Source: Nitrososphaera viennensis EN76 (lineage in GTDB: Archaea; Thermoproteota; Nitrososphaeria; Nitrososphaerales; Nitrososphaeraceae). From it: a stretch of 32,000 bases of DNA. Numbering within the stretch: position 1 is the first letter of the stretch; each line of letters starts with the position of its first letter. The stretch spans positions 2,070,001 through 2,102,000 of the forward strand of contig NZ_CP007536.1 of the NCBI RefSeq assembly GCF_000698785.1, written 5' to 3'. Shown here one piece after another: positions 26,073-32,000 of the stretch. The notes under the pieces are model-generated. The model made no database searches. It was not told the DNA's origin and saw only the letters and a list, made by a program, of their open reading frames with translations. A program made the translations under genes and the position numbers.

Positions 26073-26133
26073 GGTTCTGTCACGTTGACGGGTGATACCA
26101 CAAAATTTTCTGCCTGTAACAGCGCGGGTGATG
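26073..26133. repeat. Left terminal inverted repeat of element B (61 bp, two internal sub-repeats)
   Basis: GGTTCTGTCACGTTGACGGGTGATACCACAAAATTTTCTGCCTGTAACAGCGCGGGTGATG. The sub-repeats are CTGTCACGTTGACGGGTGAT (26077-26096) and CTGTAACAGCGCGGGTGAT (26114-26132). Confidence 0.9.
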
Positions 26134-26136
26134 AGC

Positions 26137-26679
26137 TTATTTTGTCCATTCTTGGATTATCTCAAATCGTCTGTTTCCAGCACCTAACTTTGCAATCATG
26201 CCATACTCGCCTTGCTTCCCACCTGCATAGGTATATTCTACAACATAACCAAAAGACAGTATTTTCTTATGAGGATCATCAGAGAGCTCCATGATATAGA
26301 ACTTTTCACTATTCGGCATGATGGTGCCCATTGTATTTTTATCATCTTGTCCTTTCAAATCAGCGATTGTTAGTACTTTGTCAGAAAGATCACTTTTCCC
26401 CACTGCGGATAGCGCAGGTAATCCACCATAGTTTGTTAACACCACTTCAATCTTATCTTGCGCGATCATGATTTCTTTTGTACCTATCCAAGGTCTTAAC
26501 CTACTATCTATCTGTTGTTTGGTCATCTTAGATTGCCAAACTGCAACACCCGCCGCAACTGCTGCCGCTGCTGCCGTAGCTATTTGCGCCAAGTCCAAAG
26601 CCGTCTGGAACTCGCTCAATTGATGAAATTGGCGTGCATACAAGCTCATTAAGCTAATGCTTTTATGGTGCCCTAACAA
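26137..26679 (-). CDS. N-terminally anchored beta-rich hypothetical protein, passenger specific to element B
   Basis: 180 aa from the TTG start, or 170 aa from ATG at 26647-26649. It has an Ala-rich TM segment (LAQIATAAAAAVAAGVAVW) and then a soluble domain. The stop lies 4 nt from the left IR. Confidence 0.6.
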   Translation of the reverse strand: MLGHHKSISLMSLYARQFHQLSEFQTALDLAQIATAAAAAVAAGVAVWQSKMTKQQIDSRLRPWIGTKEIMIAQDKIEVVLTNYGGLPALSAVGKSDLSDKVLTIADLKGQDDKNTMGTIMPNSEKFYIMELSDDPHKKILSFGYVVEYTYAGGKQGEYGMIAKLGAGNRRFEIIQEWTK

Positions 26680-26694
26680 GCTTGAGCTGGCTAT

Positions 26695-27465
26695 TTGGCA
26701 AATTCAAGACCGCTCATAGAGACAGTGGCAGTTCTCGCCTTCATATCTCTCATAGTTGCTGAAGGTGTCTTGGCTATCTTGAGCGTTAGTATAATTGTCA
26801 AAGCCGTAGAGCCTAGAGGTTATCCAATTGCATATCAAAGTCATGATATAGAATTGATAGATCCATCCATGCCTACCAACAACCTTCAACTGCATTTGAC
26901 TATGGCTGCGTTTGTTATTGGAGCGCAAAGCAACATCACGGCTTTTGCGAAACTCCAACCTGTAGGAGAAGATAGGGCATTGTACTCTGAACAAAACCGC
27001 ACTATTCCAGAACAATACTTTCTTTGGTTTGACGGTAGCTATTGCCCAACTAGACCAGTTGACGTTTATTCCTCCATACCCCAATGCAAACTTGAACTTG
27101 ACAGGTATCCACAAGATGACGCTGACTGGTCGAATGTGTACTGGCAAGGTACCTATAGCGACTTTCCAGATGAGTTTAGGTACAGCACAATAGGCATAAG
27201 ATATGCTACGGCTGGCGTGTACGGTGTCGCATTAACTGATTCGCCTGATCGTGTGAATCCTTCGCTATCAGAACCTTTCATTACAATATCTGATCCCAGT
27301 GTTACACATACATTCTTTCTTGGCATTGAAGCGAACCAACTTTCCCTAACCAATCTCGGACTTTCATTCTTGATTTTACTACTAACCATTGTGCCAATAC
27401 AGTTGAAGCTATTTTCATTTCTCCGACGTAAGGGCGTCTTTGGCAAGCATGACAATGCTACCTAA
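26695..27465 (+). CDS. Doubly membrane-anchored extracytoplasmic protein, conserved passenger (paralog of 20448-21182)
   Basis: 256 aa with N- and C-terminal TM helices and the shared sequence blocks listed for 20448-21182. TTG start, so the exact start is uncertain. Confidence 0.7.
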   Translation: MANSRPLIETVAVLAFISLIVAEGVLAILSVSIIVKAVEPRGYPIAYQSHDIELIDPSMPTNNLQLHLTMAAFVIGAQSNITAFAKLQPVGEDRALYSEQNRTIPEQYFLWFDGSYCPTRPVDVYSSIPQCKLELDRYPQDDADWSNVYWQGTYSDFPDEFRYSTIGIRYATAGVYGVALTDSPDRVNPSLSEPFITISDPSVTHTFFLGIEANQLSLTNLGLSFLILLLTIVPIQLKLFSFLRRKGVFGKHDNAT

Positions 27466-27612
27466 TAACCCGATTACTAGCAGGTAGATTACTATCGGCT
27501 CGCGCTGACCTGAAACGACACTATAAACCAACCACAATATGCCAATATTCAGAAGTAAGAGCATACACGCAGCAATTCCACCTTCAATTAAATCACGAGT
27601 TTGTTTCTGCAA
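27415..27612 (-). CDS. Small two-TM membrane protein, conserved passenger
   Basis: 65 aa with two hydrophobic helices. Its ATG lies 1 nt after the transposase stop. It overlaps the 3' end of the 256-aa gene convergently, as in element A. Confidence 0.45.
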   Translation of the reverse strand: MQKQTRDLIEGGIAACMLLLLNIGILWLVYSVVSGQREPIVIYLLVIGLLGSIVMLAKDALTSEK

Positions 27613-27613
27613 T

Positions 27614-28735
27614 CTAGTTTTGCAATTTGGTTGCGTTTTGGATCACGGTGATCCACTTGTTGGTGCCCTCAATCTTTATTCCCGCTTGGCTCGCTGGCGT
27701 GTCGCCGTTCAGACCTTCATGCGGTCTAAAGTAGTTGTGGTACAGCTGGATGCCTTTCAGAATTGGCGTATCGGATTTTTTCAGACCGCGCATAACCTTT
27801 TCTCTATCGCGAAATTCACCGTTCATCCTCTCCATCTTATTGTTGTCGTGCTGGTTCTTTGTCATGACACTTACCTCATGGATGGTACGCGGGTTTGCTA
27901 TTGTGAAAAATTCCCTCTTGTACGCTTCTTTATATGACCACAAGCCGTCAGTGATTATCTTCGCTGGTCTTTTGCCAGCTACTTTTTTGCCCTTTGCAAA
28001 TAGTCCTCTAGCATCGTGGCGTTCTTTGCTGTCTGCAACTTCCTGAGCCATCCAGAACCGGGTTTCGTCATCCATCATGGCGAAAAGGTACTTCAGGTTG
28101 CCCTTTACCTTGACATATACCTCGTCAGCTCTCCAAGTATCTGAAACATTCGGTGTTATCTTTTCTAGGTATTCGTTCATCAGGCTCGTGTACTTGGCGA
28201 TCCAGCGATAGGTGCTCATGTGGCTTTTCTGGATTCCCTGTAATGCTAGGAATTTCTGTATGCCGCGCAGACTTTCGCCTGAGAAGTACAACTGCATACA
28301 GGTTGTTATTACCTGCGGAGTTGCGCGCATCTTTTCAAATCCAAGATTGAACGAGAACCTTTTGCCACAGTCGCGGCATCTCCATCTCTGAATTTCACCA
28401 TGCTTTGTTTTGCGCTTGGCATCCTTTACAATGTGTGTAGAATTGCAGCTAACACAAGCCTGAGCGTCAATTGGCTTTATGGTGGCAACAACCTTTTGAA
28501 CAGTGGCGCGCAGTTTTTGGCTAAATTCAACCGCGAAAATGTGCTTGCACTTTTGACCGCGGTACATGTGGTCAGCACATGAGCATAGCCATCCGAGCTC
28601 GCTAGCAAAGATGTGGTATTCGCCGTTGCCGCTTTGCGACCTTACGTAATAGTTGGTTTCGTCAACACGCCTTACCTGACCTTTCAATTGCGCTATCGTC
28701 AAACCCTTTTGTTCGCGATTGTTGGTTGCTTGCAC
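27614..28735 (-). CDS. IS6/IS26-like DDE transposase with N-terminal SWIM zinc finger and zinc ribbon
   Basis: 373 aa with a GTG start (an in-frame stop lies just upstream). SWIM CSCADHMYRGQKCKH, ribbon CVSC...CRDC, and DDE blocks WRADEVYVKVKGNLKYLFAMMD, IITDGLWSY and NNKMERMNGEFRDREKVMRG. It is clearly homologous to 19095-20231 but substantially diverged. Confidence 0.9.
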   Translation of the reverse strand: MQATNNREQKGLTIAQLKGQVRRVDETNYYVRSQSGNGEYHIFASELGWLCSCADHMYRGQKCKHIFAVEFSQKLRATVQKVVATIKPIDAQACVSCNSTHIVKDAKRKTKHGEIQRWRCRDCGKRFSFNLGFEKMRATPQVITTCMQLYFSGESLRGIQKFLALQGIQKSHMSTYRWIAKYTSLMNEYLEKITPNVSDTWRADEVYVKVKGNLKYLFAMMDDETRFWMAQEVADSKERHDARGLFAKGKKVAGKRPAKIITDGLWSYKEAYKREFFTIANPRTIHEVSVMTKNQHDNNKMERMNGEFRDREKVMRGLKKSDTPILKGIQLYHNYFRPHEGLNGDTPASQAGIKIEGTNKWITVIQNATKLQN

Positions 28736-28736
28736 T

Positions 28737-28790
28737 TATGGCACCATAATGTATTATGGCACCATACTATATATTTGTTATGGTGCCATA
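28737..28790. promoter_or_regulatory. Three copies of the 12-bp quasi-palindrome TATGG(CA/TG)CCATA between the transposase and AbrB-like genes
   Basis: TATGGCACCATA at 28737-28748 and 28755-28766, and TATGGTGCCATA at 28779-28790. Further copies lie at 29010-29021, about 29037-29047 (GTGGTGCCATA) and 26664-26675 (TATGGTGCCCTA). Confidence 0.5.
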
Positions 28791-28792
28791 AA

Positions 28793-29020
28793 CTAATGGC
28801 GTTTAGGTGCTTGAGAGCGTTCCTTGAAAACCAGCTTGTGATCCTCGACCTTAGGCTCAAGCTCCTGCTTTTCCTTCCATCCAAGCTCGTTGACGATTTC
28901 TTCTGGAATTGTAACAACATACTTGAAGTGGTCTTTATCGTTGTAGGTGTAGGCAAATCGCTTTTGCAGTTTGACGATTCCCTTTTCTCCTTTGACCATG
29001 ACGCTCCAGTATGGCACCAT
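28793..29020 (-). CDS. AbrB/SpoVT-like small DNA-binding protein (candidate element regulator)
   Basis: 75 aa. YVVTIPEEIVNELGWKEKQELEPKVEDHKLVF fits the AbrB swapped-hairpin pattern. The start codon lies inside one copy of the palindromic motif. Confidence 0.55.
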   Translation of the reverse strand: MVPYWSVMVKGEKGIVKLQKRFAYTYNDKDHFKYVVTIPEEIVNELGWKEKQELEPKVEDHKLVFKERSQAPKRH

Positions 29021-29090
29021 AGGTTAGATAAGCGTTGTGGTGCCATAAGTTAGAAGATATTTTGCGGACGCTGCGACCGCAAAATTCGCC

Positions 29091-29151
29091 CATCACCCGC
29101 GCTGTTACAGGCAGAAAATTTTGTGGTATCACCCGTCAACGTGACAGAACC
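29091..29151. repeat. Right terminal inverted repeat of element B (61 bp)
   Basis: Exact reverse complement of 26073-26133. Confidence 0.9.
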
Positions 29152-29249
29152 GAGATTCGCTATGGTTATATTTTGTAAGGTTATCCCTTAAAAACCACTA
29201 TGAATAATTATTACCACAGCCTTAAGTGTCACGTTTTTCATAAGGACAT

Positions 29250-29822
29250 ATGAGGACAACTAGGATTGCAGGCGTAAAATCACCTACGTGGGTAAGGGCC
29301 CTGCAAATCGGAATAGGCGCTATTGCCATCGTGCTATCACTTGCTGCAATAATCTACCCTGTTCTCACGGTCGTGGCAACCTTGACAGTAGCAGCAATAA
29401 TCCTGCTTTTGTTTGGTATTGAAAATATAGTTGCGGGGATATTCGTATACAAACAAGCCCGGGCCGCTCACATTGGTCTTGGAATACTGGTCATAATACT
29501 TGCAGTTCTCGTCATGGCGTTTCCTCTAGGCGCCGCCATGTTTGTAGCGATACTGGCAGGCGTTGCCTTGATGTTTAGCGGTTTTGCAAGCATAGTGGCA
29601 GGTCTTATGGGAGTAAGCGAAAGAGCTACTGACACTACTCCGAGCAGAGGTGCCAGGATATTCAGCGTCATTGCAGGAGCGCTAGCCGTTGCATTGTCTG
29701 TTATGATACTTGCATTTCCAGCATTTGGAATAGAACTTGTGGCTATTGTGATCGGGATAGGGCTCTTGGTTTATGGCATCAGGCTGGTCGTCACGGGAAT
29801 CAGCGGCAGGGGGCAGGCCTGA
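29250..29822 (+). CDS. HdeD/DUF308-like membrane protein
   Basis: 190 aa with six predicted TM helices in repeated pairs. GIENIVAGIF and LVVTGISG are motifs typical of DUF308 repeats. Confidence 0.75.
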   Translation: MRTTRIAGVKSPTWVRALQIGIGAIAIVLSLAAIIYPVLTVVATLTVAAIILLLFGIENIVAGIFVYKQARAAHIGLGILVIILAVLVMAFPLGAAMFVAILAGVALMFSGFASIVAGLMGVSERATDTTPSRGARIFSVIAGALAVALSVMILAFPAFGIELVAIVIGIGLLVYGIRLVVTGISGRGQA

Positions 29823-30385
29823 GCGCCCGCATCATCTTCCTCCTCGTCGCATAACACCATGGCAAGCTGAAATGAAGAAGCAGCCGCCAAGGCAGGGTGA
29901 TCTGGATACTTGAAAGTCTGGAAGACTCTCTTCTTCTTTTTCAAGTTGCCCGCCGTGGCTTTACTTCCTTTTTTCATTTCTTCTGGCGCGGAGTCCATGT
30001 CCGCGTAAAAAGGCTTCCAAATGTGTCCGTTTATGTCCTGGAAGGCGCGACCGTACATCCAGCCATAGTCTTGCGCTTCTCTGTATTCAGAGCCTCCGGC
30101 TGCCACGGCTTTCTTGATCATCTCGTCAACTTTTGCACGACTTTCAAGGGACAGCGCAACTAACGACTCGGTGCTTTTGCTAGAGTCGCAGATCTCTCTG
30201 CCCGGTATGAAGCTCTTGAAGAACTTTTCAGTCAACAGCATGGCGTAAATGTCCTCGCTGATCACCATGCAGGCGGCGTTCTCGTCGGTAAACATTGGGT
30301 TGAACCCGAATCCCAGATTGCCAAAAAACTCCATCGTCTTTTTGAGGTCTTTGACTGGCAGGTTGACGAATATCTTGGTACTCAT
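29771..30385 (-). CDS. VOC (glyoxalase superfamily) protein with an unusual ~70-aa C-terminal extension
   Basis: MSTKIFVNLPVKDLKKTMEFFGNLGFGFNPMFTDENAACMV...QDYGWMYGRAFQDINGHIW matches the common ~140-aa VOC family. The ORF continues for 204 aa and overlaps the convergent HdeD-like gene by 52 nt. Confidence 0.8.
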   Translation of the reverse strand: MSTKIFVNLPVKDLKKTMEFFGNLGFGFNPMFTDENAACMVISEDIYAMLLTEKFFKSFIPGREICDSSKSTESLVALSLESRAKVDEMIKKAVAAGGSEYREAQDYGWMYGRAFQDINGHIWKPFYADMDSAPEEMKKGSKATAGNLKKKKRVFQTFKYPDHPALAAASSFQLAMVLCDEEEDDAGAQACPLPLIPVTTSLMP

Positions 30386-30419
30386 ATGTTCCCTGTAGCA
30401 AATAGCCTAAAAGCAATTG

Positions 30420-30428
30420 CCCCCCCCC
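30420..30428. repeat. C9 homopolymer (G9 on the minus strand), 35-43 nt upstream of the VOC gene start
   Basis: Read directly from the sequence: TTGCCCCCCCCCAC. Confidence 0.7.
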
Positions 30429-30613
30429 ACAAGGAGAGGCTCTTCCCGTAAAACACGTCGTTTATCTTCCAGAAAGTACGTCACTATCAACCCGGTCGTG
30501 CACATAGACAAGGAGAGCAATAACTTGGAAGAGGCCGAGGTACTTGGCGTGCAAAAGGATGACTATGTTATCTATGGCAGCGCAGTTGAACAACATAAAA
30601 AGGGAGAAGGGAA

Positions 30614-31015
30614 CTAGGCACGGAAGAGTTGGCACGTCTTATCTTTGTGCATATCTCTCAGCCAATCTACGTGGGCCTTGTTTGTTATCTTGTTGCCGTC
30701 CAACACAGTTTTCTTGCCATCGGTCAGCTTGCTTCCGACCAGAATCTCCTCTTTTCGGATAGACTCGTCTGGACCGAACTCCACAGTTAACCTGAGGAAA
30801 TTCTTCCGATTGTCATATATGTTCACAAGCTCGTATTCTGTAAAGTCGGCATCGTGCTTCTTGTCGTGAATTGTGGATATTTCCTTGAAGATTAGTCTTG
30901 ATTTTGGAGGCATTTTTGTCCGCGCCAATTCGCTCAAGAGTGATGCGTTCTTTTTCCAGAATGGTCCTAGTTCCATTCGACGAACTTTCTGGGTTGTTAT
31001 CGCTGCAGAAGACAT
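30614..31015 (-). CDS. Hypothetical protein
   Basis: 133-aa ORF with balanced, Lys-rich composition and no recognisable motif. Confidence 0.5.
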   Translation of the reverse strand: MSSAAITTQKVRRMELGPFWKKNASLLSELARTKMPPKSRLIFKEISTIHDKKHDADFTEYELVNIYDNRKNFLRLTVEFGPDESIRKEEILVGSKLTDGKKTVLDGNKITNKAHVDWLRDMHKDKTCQLFRA

Positions 31016-31093
31016 GCAATATTATACTCAGGCTTTGATTTAACCGATTTGTCTGCAGTGGCTTTTCAAAAAGTCAGAAGTCTCATAAGATGG

Positions 31094-31318
31094 CTAATTC
31101 GAGCTGCGCATGTCTACATAGGCCACTCTGACAGTCTTTATCTTGTACTTCATCAATCTAGATCTGGTCCGCAGCCGATAGTTGCAACATGGACGATTAG
31201 GACCCATCCATGTAATGAATATGTCGCATATCCTGCAGCGCTTTTGCCCTGCTGCATATCTTATCCCATCCGTAGGCCTAGTCGCCCTGTGCCGAACACA
31301 GATATTCCTGCAACTCAT
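31094..31318 (-). CDS. Small zinc-ribbon protein (C..C / CxxC / CC...RLR type)
   Basis: From the internal Met: MSCRNICVRH...RYAAGQKRCRICDIFITWMGPNRPCCNYRLRTRSR. Its ATG overlaps the TGA of the upstream 105-aa ORF (ATGA at 31315-31318). Confidence 0.55.
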   Translation of the reverse strand: MSCRNICVRHRATRPTDGIRYAAGQKRCRICDIFITWMGPNRPCCNYRLRTRSRLMKYKIKTVRVAYVDMRSSN

Positions 31319-31632
31319 TGCCAGTAAGGGTAGACCTCGCCACCAAGCCACTTTATGTCTCTGTCAGCAGCTATAGCCATTACCGTTTCTAGGTCAGATT
31401 GCAGATCTATCTGATAGTGGCCGTGTCCATGATTGTTTGGAAATCTGCCTACAAGATAGTGCATCTGTTTCGACTTGCCATCTTTATTGATCCCCTGAAT
31501 GTAATGGATTTCAAGAAAGAACCTCTGTTTTCTCTCGCGGGGTATTTTCTTTTCAGCATCGAGGACTTTATGAGCAGGAACGGGTCGATGTTCTGCCACC
31601 TTCTCTGAAGCGACGCTACAATGCTGTCGCAC
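31315..31632 (-). CDS. Hypothetical protein, first gene of a coupled pair with the zinc-ribbon gene
   Basis: 105-aa ORF with a GTG start and a His/Gly motif (NNHGHGHY). It has an ATGA overlap with the downstream gene. An overlapping alternative-frame ORF (31449-31703) leaves the 5' end uncertain. Confidence 0.45.
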   Translation of the reverse strand: MRQHCSVASEKVAEHRPVPAHKVLDAEKKIPRERKQRFFLEIHYIQGINKDGKSKQMHYLVGRFPNNHGHGHYQIDLQSDLETVMAIAADRDIKWLGGEVYPYWQ

Positions 31633-31769
31633 TCTTGTGTCACGTGTTCTACAGACATGGGCAAGGTGGATAGATCACATATTTTCAAGAGGTAGGATTG
31701 CACTGTACCTCATTGCACGCAATATTTGGCAAGATGAAGGGTGTACGGGAAACAGAAAACCCTAGACGG

Positions 31770-31880
31770 CTACAGGGTTAAAGGATGGACACCGTCTAAC
31801 TGCAGCCGTTGCAGGCCTGACTTGGACCCTTAAAGGCCTGCGACGGCTGACCGGAACCCTTGCAAGGGCAACCCTGTAAG
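31770..31880 (+). ncRNA. Candidate structured RNA (unclassified)
   Basis: This stretch has no track ORF. A 16-bp stem pairs 31803-31818 with 31834-31849 and contains one T-G position that is a G-U wobble only on the plus strand. It is enclosed by ACAGGGTT (31772-31779) / AACCCTGT (31870-31877). There is also a small hairpin CCCTTGCAAGGG (31857-31868). Confidence 0.2.
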
Positions 31881-32000
31881 CTGCAGGTATACAGTGCATT
31901 GCAAAACCTGCCAACATGCATTAGCTGCAAAACCTTCCGCGGACCTGATTTGTCATGCAGTGCAGACATATCATATATACTTGAAAGGGGTCTCTGTCAG

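Larger units (their letters stand above)
26073..29151 (-). mobile_element. Element B: 3.08-kb IS6-derived transposon-like element with passenger genes
   Basis: Perfect 61-bp terminal inverted repeats (26073-26133 / 29091-29151). The 8-bp direct repeat GAGATTCG lies immediately outside both ends (26065-26072 and 29152-29159). An IS6-like transposase is encoded inside. Confidence 0.8.

Noticed and set aside
28699-29046. 115-aa ORF with recurring WCH tripeptides.
   Set aside because: The WCH repeats are simply the translation of the TGGTGCCAT operator-like motif. The ORF overlaps the better-supported AbrB-like ORF and the transposase start.
18123-29151. The two transposase-bearing elements in inverted orientation could form one 11-kb composite transposon carrying the RHH and secreted-protein genes.
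   Set aside because: Each element has its own matching 8-bp flanking duplication (TCTTGCGG and GAGATTCG), which indicates independent insertions. The outer flanks (18115-18122 versus 29152-29159) do not match each other.
30417-30617. 66-aa plus-strand ORF starting at TTG and running straight through the C9 tract (MPPPTRRGSS...).
   Set aside because: It has a non-ATG start inside a homopolymer and a basic, low-complexity N-terminus with no motif. It is more likely the promoter region of the divergent VOC gene.
31741-32000. Tested whether the structured segment could be SRP RNA, RNase P RNA, a tRNA or a C/D box sRNA.
   Set aside because: I found no GGAAAGUCC-type RNase P CR-I and no convincing SRP helix-8 motif arrangement. 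There is also no T-loop (GTTCRAATC) with acceptor pairing, and no RUGAUGA/CUGA box pair. It is kept only as an unclassified candidate.
1-32000. Search for CRISPR arrays, rRNA and tRNA genes.
   Set aside because: There are no regularly spaced direct repeats of 24-40 bp with unique spacers, since the repeat clusters present are operator-like or transposon ends. No rRNA-like conserved stretches or tRNA cloverleaf signatures were recognised.

Overview
This looks like an archaeal chromosomal window. The evidence is TATA-box and leaderless-style promoters, an RPA-like multi-OB protein, an Lhr-type helicase, PRC-barrel and CBS proteins, and a fused ADP-forming acyl-CoA synthetase. My best guess is a Nitrososphaera-like ammonia-oxidising thaumarchaeon, but that is inference only. 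Positions 1 to about 18.1 kb look GC-rich and mostly carry housekeeping genes. These include the acyl-CoA synthetase, VOC proteins, an ABC transporter pair, the RPA-like protein, a GCS2-type ligase, a CBS protein, the Lhr helicase, and a large secreted helical repeat protein. From about 18.1 kb onward the sequence looks more AT-rich by eye and has accessory-type content. The main result is two diverged transposon-like elements of about 3.1-3.2 kb, at 18123-21362 and 26073-29151. Each is flanked by its own 8-bp direct repeat and has complex terminal inverted repeats, which are a perfect 61 bp in the second element. Each is built around an IS6/IS26-like DDE transposase that carries an N-terminal SWIM zinc finger plus a zinc ribbon. 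Both carry the same conserved passenger set: a small AbrB/SpoVT-like protein, a small two-TM protein, and a ~250-aa doubly membrane-anchored protein. Each also has its own array of palindromic operator-like sites around the AbrB-like and transposase genes. Short solo copies of the element ends occur at 21371-21442 and 1-28, and possibly at 76-91 and the last 12 bp. Between the two elements lie an RHH regulator and two paralogous secreted Gly/Asp-rich low-complexity proteins with near-identical promoter geometry. Other points worth a second look are a 30-aa metallothionein-like Cys-rich ORF that is too short for the ORF track, a candidate structured RNA near the 3' end, a G10/G-quadruplex-prone tract, and ATGA/TAATG-coupled small zinc-ribbon operons. 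I found no rRNA, tRNA or CRISPR array. All homology statements come from motif recognition by eye, and no searches were run.
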